A stretch of DNA of 64,000 nt, taken from the NCBI RefSeq assembly GCF_963853765.1, contig NC_088859.1:19840001-19904000 (forward strand), written 5' to 3'. The notes under the pieces are model-generated. The model worked only from the letters and a program-made list of their open reading frames with translations, did no database searches and was not told the DNA's origin. A program made the translations under genes and the position numbers. The DNA comes from Magallana gigas. Taxonomy: Eukaryota. This document shows positions 24,301 through 38,682 of the stretch, one piece after another. Positions within the stretch are counted from its first letter, which is position 1; every line of letters begins with the position of its first letter.

Positions 24301-27300
24301 TGAAATTGACACCCCTCGAAAACCATCTTTAAAAACTTCGCGTCGGTTGACAATGGTTTTCTCGGGGTGTCAATTTCAACTGTTACCCTCCCAAACAGGC
24401 ACTATTTATATAATACTGTATTCCATAACAACTAGCTATTCAGATGTCAAAACTGGCACTGAATGTTTACAGATCAAGCCAGCCATGGGACACTAGTTAT
24501 ATAATGATACTCGGAGAATAAATGTATGGTTTAGCCATTAAACCCTAGCTTTCAATATGAATCCATTTTAGAACAGTGACTCAGATCTTTCATTCATTAA
24601 CATCAATGGGTTTTTTCCATGTAATTTTTGTATTCAAAGCCTCTATATCACAAATAATCACTTTCCAATGTAATACTGTAAGTTCCTTATTTTACGCAAG
24701 TACTCAATTCCGCTGTTTTGTATCAAACCGCAAGAATATAAAATCGCGATCACAAATTTTTGTTATTACACGTACTTCCTACAACCAATACATTGTATAT
24801 ATCTACATGTTATATAATCCTAACTATGTAATGGTACATCACAATATTGGAGAGATTTAATCTATACAACTGATGAATGATTATCGTTACTGACAATACA
24901 GGGTACTACTAGCTAACAAAATAGTACAATTATGTAAAGGAATATACATGTATATGAATTAACACAAATTGTTTACATGGAAATTTAAAATTAATTGACA
25001 TTGAATGACACAACTGAAATACAAATTTGAGTATACACACAGATATGCCAACAGCTACCAGTTGGCGAGGGCATTCATGAGCTAGTAGATCAGACTCGAT
25101 CAACTGAGAATAAATATATAGATAAGTATGACATCATTCTGAAGCAGGCCGAGCAATAACTCACCACCTTAAGCCGACACAGCCGTGGGACAGTTAAGAT
25201 TTTTTTCTTCTGTTGAATATGATTGGACAAAGGATGAGACATTTGACAAAAACAGATGACAAAATGGAAAACAACAATGCCTCCCCCCCCCCTGTCCCCA
25301 ACCCACATTATACACACCAATAACCAACACTGGAATTTTCAATCAAGTTCACAATGGATGCATTTAGAGAGTGTTAGAAGTGACAGCTATGCATTCAAAT
25401 GCCGTAATTGTTAGTTGATGATGAATGACAGTCAGAAACAGAGACAATACAACACAAAGGAGGAAGCCATGAATCTCGATTCAAAGTACACAGTACAGAG
25501 ATGACAAGAATATACCATAGACAAAAAATTAAGATATCTGAACATTCCATTTGGATAACAATATACATGTAATTACATGTAGTATATGTATTGTCCTTGA
25601 TAAAGATAGCTTGATGTTGACAAAACCAACAATTTATCATATGAATGTACAGTAAAACACGGTTATAACGAAGCACCAGGGACGGGCGCATTTGCTTCAT
25701 TATAAGCGTAATTCGTTATATCCGTCAAATTTACGACATGTAATATACCCGGGGAATGAAAATCACTTCGCTGTAAGCTTCAATTCATTATAAGCATGTT
25801 CGCTATAACCGTGTTTTACTGTATGTCTTTAAGAGGGATCGATGGTCTTGAGCATTTATAGGCTGTTTTGATCTCCTTTAAAAGAAGGAAATGCACAGAT
25901 TTAAAAGGTAAAATAAGGACTTTTTTTTTTACTAAATAATAGTTTATACATGATGATGAAGCTAAACAGATCATATCTTAAAATATAAGGAAGATCTGAT
26001 GGCTAATTTGTTGAACATCATATTTAATGTACATGAGGAATGTACATGTTCATGCATTACATTTATAGTAAAAAAAAAAAAATAATGTATTCTAAAACTT
26101 GTACATGAAATGAAAATGTTCAGCGTGTTTTTAAAGATATTTCTTTACTTGATAATCAAACTGTAATGAGGTTGTTACAGTTTTGACAGATGAACGTTTC
26201 AGTGTTAAAATGTGGATAAACTTGTTGCTTCAGTTTAATTAAGATGATCACCCACGTGTTCCCGGGTGTTCTGAGCCTACATAGTACATGAATGATGGAG
26301 AAAACTATCTCTCTGGATCATACATGGTCAAGAGCAAACTCCATAGGTTTGAGGAGATACCCATACATGTTTCTTAAATTACTTCACTTGAAGAACATTT
26401 GATATCCTGAATTGAAACAGGAAAAAAAAATTCAACATTGAAATCCAAAAAAAATCAATCGGTGTACACTGTTCAATGAAAAATATGAAAGCAGTAATAT
26501 TCACTTGCGTGTATACTGTTTACAGGTTTATTTTTGCCCCTGTGTTATTTTCACCCTTCAGCACTTGCAAAACAGCTTTGCCCTGTCTTGAATTTGCCCA
26601 GACACAGTTGTATTTTTAAGAGAGATATTGGAATTCGCCAACTGACAACAAGAGCGAATGGGGTGAAAATAAACGAGGGCAAATATTTCCCTAGTATATA
26701 TACATGTATACAGTCTGTGCATACCTAAAAAATTTCAGTTTGTGACACATTTTTGATTTGCTTAGATAGTTATTTACTATTAAAGTATGTAACATAAATT
26801 TCCATAAAAAAAAAAAAATTCAGAAAAATATAGATATCAATACCTATAATACAATTTAACATTATAGATATTAATTTGTCATATATGAACGTTGAAGAAC
26901 TGTCTGCATAAGTATTTAAAAGGTACACGTATTGGAATTAAAACTGTTAAATTTAGCCAAGCATTTAAGTAGTTTATGCATCAAATAAACAGGCCTATAT
27001 ATCTATTAGTTTAGAATAGCATTTATTAAAAACATCATTAACTGAATAATGAAGCATCAACTCATAAAGTTTAATAACGAATTCTGATTTTTAGTAAAAA
27101 AAAAAAAAAAAAAAAAACACCAAAAAGAAAAGATTTATATTTTTAAAATTGGAGAAGAAATTTTAACTTGCAAAAGCATGAAAAAAATTAGTAGAGATAA
27201 CAGTTAGTCAAAACACAGGGCAGATGTTTGATTCTGTTGTTAAACTTGTTTGTTTACTTCAAGGCCCACATCATTTCTTCAGTGATGAGAGGATTGCTTC

Positions 27301-30300
27301 TCTTTTACAAGTAAACATTTTTCGAGAAAATAAAGAAGCAAAATACTAGTATTCCAATTTTGTTTATAATAATCTATTGATTGGCCAAAAACTGTGATCA
27401 TTTTAAACAATGTTGCCTCTGAAACAATGAATAACACTAACTTAATTCAAAAATATATTTCAATCTAACATAGCTGTTAATACCATCTATATTTTAAGTC
27501 AAATTTTAAAAAGTTGAATGGCCTCATCTATTAAATCCTAATCCATGTAACACATGCTGTATCCATCTATATTTATCACTTTGGAGAGGTTTACATTGTA
27601 CGTCGCAGAAAGAAATGCTTTTTAGTTGAGAAAATTCACTCAAAAACCACCAAAAATGATTAAAGGTATTAACCTTCCTCAAGATATGCCCAAAATAGAA
27701 GGAAAATAATAATTGTAAACCAACTTTTATTTGTGTGCGAGAAAATACGCAACATCCTATTTGCCACTATTTTTTCCACTTTTATAATTTTAATAAATGT
27801 TCAGTTTATCACCTAAAACTCTCTTACTTTAAGCCAGTTTATCACTGTTAATTGCAAATTAAAGTTTGGGCAAAATAAAGATGGTTTACAATGACAGAGT
27901 GTTAAAAGAACCAGAAAATTTGCATCCTCAATTTAAATAACTCTAAATGTATATATTCTACATAAACTTCACAAGAGGTTTATGCAACGTACTACATGTA
28001 TATGTCCTATCAAACTTAAACCAAGAAAAAAATTCTTTGTATTTAATAAAAGGAAAAACATATACCAGTAAAAAAAAAATTAAAAGTGAAATCTCTAAGA
28101 GTGTGTACAGCAATATCTTAAAAGATAGAAGAATGATTGAAACATCTGCCCTCTTTGAATTTATTGTCAATATGCAAGAAAAAAAAAAGAACAAAGAAAT
28201 ACTGCTTGCGACTCACCAAGATTTGCTTAAAATCTCCCGTCTTTGCCAAGACAGACAGAACACATAAATACTTAGTACAATTCTAGATTGAATCATTGCG
28301 CTTATAATAATCGAAATACATTGACATGAATCACATCGACAAACGTAAACATGCATAAACAGATTCAGAGTTCTTGCATGAACATTCATTTCTACTTCAT
28401 TTTTTCTTTCGCTTTTTTTTTTTTTAATTGCGAGACATTTAACACAACAAGCTCAATACTGCAAAACTTGCTCACAAAACAGACTGAAAGTAAAACATAT
28501 GCAATATTCATGTTCCTCTTTTAAATGAGAAACAAAAATTTGCTAGCTTTATATGATGCATTATTAGTTTGCAGCAACTTTGCAGCAACATATGTTGTTC
28601 TGTCACCATTATGTGAACTGCCATGACAAAGCCTAATTCTACTAGAACTTTATTAGGTTGGATTTCTAAGTTAACAGTATTTAGTTTTTAAAAAACTTAA
28701 TTTATCTATTTTCTAAAGAAGACCAGTGCTTCAAGTTTTGAAATAATCCAAAAGGACATTCAATGTACTTCTATACAAATTGATTGTGTTGGTGATACAT
28801 TTGTGTTTCATCTAAGATTTTATGAAAGAAAATTTACTTTAGGGTTAATAATGAAAGGGTCTATTTTCAAAGCATTTTTTTTCTTAAAGAATAAATAAGT
28901 GGTACCAGATGTTTTTTTATTCATTAGCTAGTGCATTATATGTGCTGTACATGTATTATAATTTTAACAAAATGACAGCTAGCACGAGTACTTTCTATTT
29001 TACTTATTGTATCGTATAACGACAAATATATATAACATTATTAATTGTCAGAGTATTTTGGGTCCCTAACCCCAACCCCCTCCAAGAGAAGCACAACTTT
29101 ATTCTAGTGATTTAATTTTTATCACAGAAAAAGATGCAAGTAAGTGTATTTTCAAAAGAAAACAAATACTGTTGCCAAGGGTTAACAGTATTGCAAAAGT
29201 TGAGATTATAACTTTTGAGGGGTTGATTTAAAGAATAAACGATTACTTTGAACAGTGAAACTAGAATGTTAAAAATTGGTTCTATAATTAGAATAAAGTT
29301 GTGTATTGAAACACAAATGTTTTGACTTACCTGGGGGTCAAACTTAATAAACTTGTCCAAGTCAAGACCTTCAATGGAAAATGTTGGTATATAAAACAAA
29401 TAATATGCATTACAAATACACTTATAATAAAAGAATGAAGAATTTAGAAAAAATCAAATTCAAAGCTGGTAGACTAGTTTTGAAGATGATTTACTTCACA
29501 TATATATATATCAAATATACTTATTAAGGCCAATATAATGGAACTACCGGTTCATGTACATGTACCGGTAAATTCAAAATTAGACTCTTTTCCGATATCC
29601 GAATACAGAGCTCTTCACCTAAAAGAAGGTTAATATTGTCTAATGAGGGTCACAACCCCATCCAGCCCTCTTAAAAGCATTCTAATTCATAAAACTGACC
29701 CTCTGGTTGCTTCATCCCCGGAGTGATGGAGCGAACAAAGTCCTCGGGAGTCATGTACACCTCCCATGAACCAGAACCTTTCTCGTCACCGCTATGAACT
29801 TTCAACGTGGCAAAATAGCGAAAAATCTTGTCAGGCGTAGAATAGGCCCGGATTCTGTTCTCATATTCTATGATCTGAAAAATGAACATGAAATTAAGTT
29901 AAATATTCATGACCTTATTGTTAGGAATGGCTGAGTTCCAGAAAGGTTTTCAATTTTAAAACAGCAAATAATGAAAGTCTTTAAAAAGATTTTTCGTAGT
30001 GATGTGAAATAACAGTGCATTTTGTGTTTTCTGTTATTTTCAATTCTTGATGGTTTATGAACAGGTAGAAATAGAATTAAATACAAATAAAATAACCACC
30101 ATCTCTATGTAAATAATTCTGAATTGAATTAATAATAAATCGCATGCATTTTTTTTATCTTTCATATGTTTTAAAAATGAAGTACATGTACTGCAAATGC
30201 ACTAAAATCTACTGTGAACATTCTAACAATCCTAGTCAGTAGGCCACGTCCATATGGGTGATAAATTAAAACAGGAAATTAAATTACATAAGTTAAAATC

Positions 30301-32770
30301 TTTTGATACAGCTAAGAAAGTGTGAATATAAAACAGGATGAAATCTTAATTTTTATGCATAATTAGACAAAAGTAAAAAAACCCCTTATTTTGATGGTCC
30401 ATGTGTAACTACATATATATAGTATACATTCACAAATTAATTGCTTACTGTATACAAGTAACCATTCGCCACTGTTTTATTTTCTCCCCTTTGCCCTCAT
30501 TATCAGCGGGCCAATTTAATACTGGGCAAATTCCAATGTCTCAAATAATCTCTTATAACACAACTTTGTCGGGACAAATTCAAGACTGGGTGAAACCGTT
30601 TGCAAGTGAAAAGGGCGAAAATAACACTGGGGCGAAAATAACCCTGTATACAGTAGTAGAATTATTCTTACTCTCTTTTCCCTGAAGCCAATTTTCTTCT
30701 TCTGGACCTTATTTTCTTCACTTTCCTCGGACTCCTCCTCGGCTCCCTTAACCGCTTCAGGCTCCTCAGCTTTCACACTACGTGAAACATTGTCAGTGTT
30801 TAAACTTTAAAAGGCAGTAAAATACTACAGAGATTTGAAATAGAGTCTTTGTAATTTTTTAAGCTTTAAGAGGTCTGGATGGTTGTGGCCATTTTTAGAC
30901 TATTTAGATCTTCTAAGAAGAAGAGCTTTGCACAAAGATTTCATAAAATATTCAAAAATCAAAGATTCAATTTATGATTTTTTATCTTTATTAAAAAGAT
31001 AGTTTATTATAGCTTTAAAAATCATATCTACAAATTGTAAGAAGATATATATGGCTTATATGTTGACCCCCAAGCCTATTTAAGGTCAAGATCTAGTCAA
31101 TGATTTCAGAGCGTCTTTTTGGTGCTAGAACCATAATGACGTCATAATTGATTTGAAGAATTTTTTCCCGTACTTTACGGCTTTATAAGAATTACGTAGA
31201 AAATTAAAGAATTTCTTGACATTCTATGTTAAATCATGGGAAAAGTAATCCCGATACCTATATTCAATTTGACATCATTCTAGAGAGGAGGTCAAGAGCT
31301 TGTTTATTTCCGTTTTGGGGGAGACTGTAGGCATTCTACGTATATTTTATTAGTCAAAAACGGACAAAACTCCAAACTTTTTCTTCAATTCCTTCATATT
31401 TCATTGAAAATGACAGTTTACAACATGATTTTTTCATTATGTTTACCAAATATTTTAGCCCCGGTACACCCTATCAAACAAAGCTATTGTTATGAAGCAT
31501 CATTGAAAGAATTTGTATCTTAAATTTTATGAACCTGTAGGCACCTTTCATTTACTAAATCTTGACCTTAAAGGGACGACGAAAAAAATATCCCAGGATT
31601 TGAAAATATAGAGATTGAAATACATGTACTTCAAGAAACAGTTGTTAGGAATTCTGAGTTTAACATATTCATTAAATAATAAAAAATATTGATGTTCGCG
31701 ATTGATATCAAAGTTCAACTGTATGTTTTATTGTGTTCCCTACACTTCTTCTGGCTCCTAAGCTACATGCATTATGTTTGGAAATACTATTGTGTCAAGA
31801 TAATCATTTTGTAGATATTTACAACCTGACTATTTAAAGAGATGCTTATGTAAATAAGATTCTGGCTTAATTCTTCAGATAGCAGAAATTGTATTGTTAC
31901 TGGTGAGATGGAATTTAGCAGAGCAAATCTTGTTCACTTCAAGTTTATTCAGTGCCGGTACATGGCTATTTACAGTGAAACACGGTTATAGAAAAGACTC
32001 GATCTTATAATGAATTGACACTTGCTGCGAAGTGATTTCATTCCCTGTGACTTAATTGCATGTTGTAAACTTGACCGTTATAACAAATAACGCTTATAAC
32101 GAAGCAAGATTGCAAGTCCCTGGCACTTTGTAATAAGCGTGTTTTAATGTAAATGCAAAAATTGAAAATTGTGGACTAAATTTGATCATTGAAAGATTTA
32201 CTCCTTCTGGTTTAAGTTACCTCTTGTCATCACCAGAATCAAATGGCCCAAAGTCAAAAAAGATTCTAAAAAAGAAGACAGGAAAGATTCAATAATCATT
32301 GTACATGTCTAAACAAAGTAAATATCTTTTTAATATCTTTGTATCAAAATGATGCAAAAAGTGTCTGCAGGTAATAGCAAAATTCATCACAATTTCCATC
32401 ATGCATCCAACATTGTACTTACTACTACATGTAATTAAGTAAACAACAGATCTCAAACTTACTTGAAACCCGATCCCAACATGATCATACACATCACAAC
32501 TAAATAAGCAGATGTCTTGTAATTAGTTTGAAGTGTTTTGGGGAGCCCCGAGTATCCTGCCCCTCTCCTGATAAACAGTCTGGGACTGGTCTTGTAAAAC
32601 CGAGCTGGCTGTAGACACAGGATTGGTAAGGGAGGGGGAGCACTGATCTCGGACAGACATGGTCTCCTTTGTATACTTTGCCTGCACATGATTGGCTGGG
32701 AGACTCTACAGGATGGGATCAAAGTCCTGCTTATCCCTGCAGCACTCGAAATTTTGGATGCTCTGAACAT
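18997..32770 (-). CDS. MICU1: Mitochondrial calcium uptake protein 1 (EF-hand), 519 aa from 12 core exons
   Basis: Exons 32770-32463, 32265-32221, 30777-30672, 29874-29700, 29368-29331, 22568-22460, 22025-21943, 21754-21560, 20637-20488, 19892-19784, 19407-19318, 19148-18997. Hallmarks [110 protein letters not shown]. Confidence 0.97.
20078..20450. mobile_element. Non-autonomous element with imperfect TIRs and an internal tRNA-like segment
   Basis: Ends taagggggctcactacacc / ggtgtaatgaggtatctta. Minus strand at ~20290-20340 reads tcgtagctcagtggttaaagtatcggacttgtgaacc. Confidence 0.5.
20830..21332 (-). mobile_element. Short Helentron-associated non-autonomous element (HINE, CvA/pearl-like) in a MICU1 intron
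   Basis: Ends aaaacaagaggcccaggggccacattgctcacct and hairpin agctcacttgagcc-ttc-ggctcaggtgaact; short microsatellite and one decayed Cg170-like unit inside. Confidence 0.75.
24020..24415. repeat. Interspersed repeat ending in a long hairpin
   Basis: Arms 24271-24326 and 24353-24408 (~56 bp, near perfect) around a 26-nt loop. Confidence 0.7.
25648..25823. mobile_element. Tc1/mariner-like MITE (TA..TA)
   Basis: TIRs tacagtaaaacacggttata / tataaccgtgttttactgta; a second copy lies at 31971-32151. Confidence 0.75.
26514..26714. mobile_element. ~200-bp MITE
   Basis: Ends tactgtttacaggttatttttgcc / ggcaaatatttccctagtata..tacagt; inverted relative at 30446-30655. Confidence 0.65.
30446..30655. mobile_element. 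~210-bp MITE, same family as 26514-26714
   Basis: TIRs tactgtatacaagtaaccattcgcc / ggcgaaaataaccctgtatacagta. Confidence 0.7.
31084..31567. mobile_element. TTAA-flanked MITE (Kolobok/piggyBac-like)
   Basis: TTAA|ggtcaagatctagtcaatga ... tcatttactaaatcttgacc|TTAA. Confidence 0.7.
31971..32151. mobile_element. Second copy of the 25648-25823 MITE
   Basis: Ends tacagtgaaacacggttatag / taataagcgtgttttaatgta; internal similarity to the first copy. Confidence 0.65.
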
Positions 32771-32864
32771 CTTCAAGGACTGGATTTTTTTTACTGATCT
32801 GGATATAATTATTAAAATATGTAAAGCTTTACATGTTATGATATCATGAAAATTAATTGTAATG

Positions 32865-33225
32865 ATTTTAGGAATAAGGAATCATTCTTTGAGTATTATG
32901 AGGTGATAATTGTGGTCGGGGCGTGATCAAATCCAAAAAAGCATGAAGGGCTTTATGATAGATTTGATCACACCCTGACCAAAATTATCACCTCATAATA
33001 TTTAAAGAATGATTCCTTATTACTAATATTTATATAATTTTAAACCATCGTACGATTAAATATTTAAATATAAATAAGCAAACACCGTTGGCGCCTTTAA
33101 TTTGGCGTCATTTGAAGTTATGGGTTTATAGTACAAAATCGATATGTGGTGTTATCACAGGTATAGACACTGGAAAATGTAAATATTTAATACTTATAAT
33201 ATCTATTTGAGGAATGGTCATATAA
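32865..33225. repeat. Interspersed repeat with a long hairpin
   Basis: Arms 32873-32933 and 32961-33021 (~61 bp, few mismatches) around a ~27-nt loop. Confidence 0.7.
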
Positions 33226-34349
33226 TTGTAAGGAGTTTTTTGCAGCGTCAATTATTGCTTCAAATTCTGTCCATAAAGTACCCAGTGTACACAACAGAAG
33301 CCAAGGTTCATTTTTGTATTTGCTTTGCGTCCACTTTGCTCTACAAAATTTGGTTTCACTTCTGTCTACTCTACATCAGCCTAGTGCCTACTCCGCATTG
33401 GTCAAGAATCCATAAAAGCAATCCAAGAGTCCACTATTAACTAAGGTTACATGTAGCTTTAGGCAGGTACTCAACAAATGTTAAATACATGTGTTCTTTA
33501 TTTTGTTTGACTACAATTCTCAATCTACTACTGCAAGCCTTCCATATTTTACACAAATCTGATACCAACCTTAGCATCTACACACTGGATAACTTACTAT
33601 AGTTTTGTCTCATTAACAGATACATGTGTATTTTACCTGGATGATGCAAAATGTAAGCATGGATAAAAATCCTTGATTATATATAACCAATTACATGTAA
33701 TGTTTACCCCCCCCCCCCCCTTTGCACTCTCCATACAAAACGGCTGAACAGTATCAATGTCAATATTTAAGAGATTTACCTCTGCTTTTTATTAATATAC
33801 TATAAAATGTGTGGCAAGGATGATGCATCTCTCTCTATAATCTATATATAAAAACACTTGGTGTATTTTTATAGAGAGTAAGAGAGGGTGTGTATATATT
33901 ACTAATTAGGTTTATTACTTACTGACTACAGAAATCTCATAGATCAATCTCATAGATGGGGAGGCCCTTGCCACAAATCAAATTTGAATGCATATTAATA
34001 AGCTGTTGAAAGAAATTCAGAGGCTTATCAGGCTGTTGTATGGGAAATTCAAGGATGTGTACTTATATGGCTATGCAATTTTTCAATTCTAATTTAGAAT
34101 TTCTAAATAAGCATTACTTGAACCTTTGTTGTTGCATCATTAGTGGAATACGTAAGAGAAGTCAAAGAAATATACTAAAACCTGTTAAATGCATAAGAAA
34201 TGCTGTGAATATGGCTCAAAGCCCAATTTCTCCTCAAATTCTACACTTTCTCTCTTCTGTTTTCATGATCAATGTCAAAGTCAGTCTTACAATTAAAAGA
34301 CAAATTATGCTTTGAACAAACGCAAAACTGACTATGATATGCCTGGGAA

Positions 34350-34420
34350 ATTGACCAATCGGAAATTCGATTGCACATATTTCCCGCCATATTGTGTACA
34401 CACAACATTTGGCGCCAGTC
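34350..34420 (+). promoter_or_regulatory. PCNA proximal promoter: CCAAT box and two E2F sites
   Basis: ccaat at 34355, tttcccgcc at 34380, tttggcgc at 34408, all within ~230 bp of the PCNA ATG. Confidence 0.65.
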
Positions 34421-34536
34421 AGCAGTACCGACAGGGAGAAGAAGAGAGGTCTAGCGGGAACGGACAATTCTCGTAAAGGAAAAAGAAGAGGAACCGATTT
34501 TCTTGAAGCGTCGACTGTGTTAACTTATTTTGTTAG

Positions 34537-36141
<1,605 letters not shown>

Positions 36142-36590
36142 GGAACAAACTTGTTTTGTGATAACAACATTATTGACTGAAGTGCTTCAGACATGGCAAA
36201 GACTTTTATACATATTAGTACACATCAATCCTGTAATAAAATGTTATGTAATTTCTTTTGCTTTATTTTCATTGTTTCAGTGCCAGTACCTACACTTGCC
36301 TGTGTCGAACAGTTAGCATTATTTGATGGACTACTTCTATGTCTGAATTATTTTAAGATTGAGTTATCTTCCCTTGGGGGGCTTTGCCATTTTAAAAATC
36401 TTGCGTTTTAAAAGATGACACTATATGACCATCGTAATGGTACCTTGAAACTGATTTATTATAGCTTTGCTTGGGAGTTTAATAGCTGTGGGAGTATAAA
36501 TGTGGTCAAACTTCTCATCATCATTTAATTTCCTCTGATTTTGGATAATGATAAATGTATATGTGTAGTTTCATCGCCGGGAAGAAATTA

Positions 36591-36650
36591 TTTTTAGCTC
36601 ACCTGAACCGAAGGTTCAAGTGAGCTTTTCTGATCACCCGTCGTCCGTCC

Positions 36651-36684
<34 letters not shown>

Positions 36685-38682
36685 AAAAACCACTGGGCCA
36701 AATTTGGTACAAAGCATCCTTAAGGAAAGAGGATTATCAATTGTTAAAATAAAGGGCACAGCCCTTTTCAAAAGGGAGATAATTGCGAAACAGTAAGTAT
36801 AGGGTGCATGTCTTTAAAAATCTTCTTCTCAAGAACCACTGCACCAGAAATCCAATATTTACACAAAAACTTGTATATATAGTGAAGATTCTAAATTGTA
36901 AAAATCGTGACCCTCGGACCAAAACTGGGGCCCCAGGCGGGGTTCAAAGTTTAACATAGAAATACATAGGAAAATGTTTAAAAAATCTTCTTCTCAAGAA
37001 CCACTGCACCAGAAATGACAATATTTACACAAAAGCTTGTATACATAGTGAAGATTTTAAATTGTAAAAATCGTGACCCACGTACCAAAACTGGGGCCCC
37101 AGGCGGGGTTCAAATTTAACATAGAAATACATAGGAAAATGTTTTAAAAATCTTATTCTCAAGAACCACTGCACCAGAAATGCCAATATTTACACAAAAG
37201 CTTGTATGTATAATGAAAATTCTAAATTGTAGAAATCGTGACCCTCGGACCAAAACTGGGGCCCCAGGCGGGGTTCAAAGTTTAACATAGAACTACATAT
37301 GAAAAATGTTTAAAAATTTTCTTCTCAAGAACCACTTCACAAAAAATGACAATACATACACAAAAGGTTGTATATATAGTGAAGATTGTAAAAATCGTGA
37401 CCCCTGAACAAAAAGTGGGGCCCCAGTAGGGGTTTAGATTTTAACATATATAGGAAAATGTTTTAAAATCTTTTTTCTCAAGAAGTATAGTGCAACTGTT
37501 TGGGATATTACTATGCATACATGTACATCCTTAAATAATGTAGATTCAAAAAATTGTAACTCCCGGACAATTGATGGGCATCTAGAGGGGTTCAACATTT
37601 TAAACATTTTAAAAAACATAAAGGAAAAGTTTAAAAAAATTTCTTCTCAAGAACTACAATGTTTTAGTTTGTGGAATTTCTATACATGCATCCTTCGCTT
37701 ATGTAGATTCCTAATTGGTAAAATCGTGACCCCCGGACCAATACTGGGGCCCCAAGATGGGGTCAAAGTTTATTATAGAAATATAAAGGTAACATGTTAA
37801 AAAATCTTCTTCTCGAGAACTACAATGCTTCAATTTGTGAGATTACTATCATGCATACAACCTTGGATAATGAAGGTTCGACAGTTTTAAAATAGTGACC
37901 CCTGGACTAATACTAGGGACCCAAGATGGGTTTAAAGTTGAATGTAGAAGTACCGGTATATATGGAAAATATTTAAAAATCTTCTTTTCGAGAGCTACAA
38001 TGCATCAATTTGTCGGATAACTACGTAAGCACCCTCAAATAGTGTAGATTCGAAATTATAAAAGCCGTGACCTCAATCTAATACTGGGGCCCCAAGAGGT
38101 GTTCAAAGTTTAGCATAGAAATATAGAGGGAAAATGTTGAAAAATCTTTTTCTAGGGAACTATAATGCTTCAGCTTGTGAGATAACTATGCAAGCATCCT
38201 TAAATAATGTAGATTCCAAATAATTAAAACTTTAGCACTGGACTAATACTGCAAGAGGGGTTCAAAGTTTAACATAGAAAGATATATTGAAAATGTTTTT
38301 AAACAAGTTTTTCTCGAGAACTATAATGCTACAGTTTGTGAGATTACTATGCAAGGATCCTCAAATTGTGTAAACTCTAATGTAATGGATCCAAGAGTTA
38401 TCTTTCTTGATGTTCTGTAAAGTCTGAGAGTTATTCCTCTTGAAGTGGAACTCTTCTACGTTCAGTTTTTCAGATTGTGTACGTGCGGTCCCACCGCAGT
38501 GCTACACATTTTCATTCCTTTGTTACTATTTATGGTGTTCAAGCCAACCATAAACCTCGGACCATACCTGGGTCCCCAGAAAGGGGTTCAATGTTTAAAA
38601 TAGAAAAAGCATATGCTACGAAATGTAATGTTACAAGGAACTGCTGTTCAGGTGAGCGATGTGGCCCATGGGCATCTTGTTT
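36591..38682 (+). mobile_element. HINE-type element carrying ~10 Cg170-like ~166-bp satellite units
   Basis: 5' tttttagctcacctgaacc-gaa-ggttcaagtgagct hairpin, (gtcc)n microsatellite, units beginning aaaaatcttcttctcaagaac at ~36817, 36982, 37148, 37313 and onward to ~38305, 3' end tcaggtgagcgatgtggcccatgggcatcttgtt. Confidence 0.88.

Noticed and set aside
27254-28483. Additional MICU1 micro-exon candidates of 44 nt (~27254-27297) and 8 nt (28476-28483)
   Set aside because: Not multiples of 3 and weak context; they show that chance AG..GT pairs occur in this intron.
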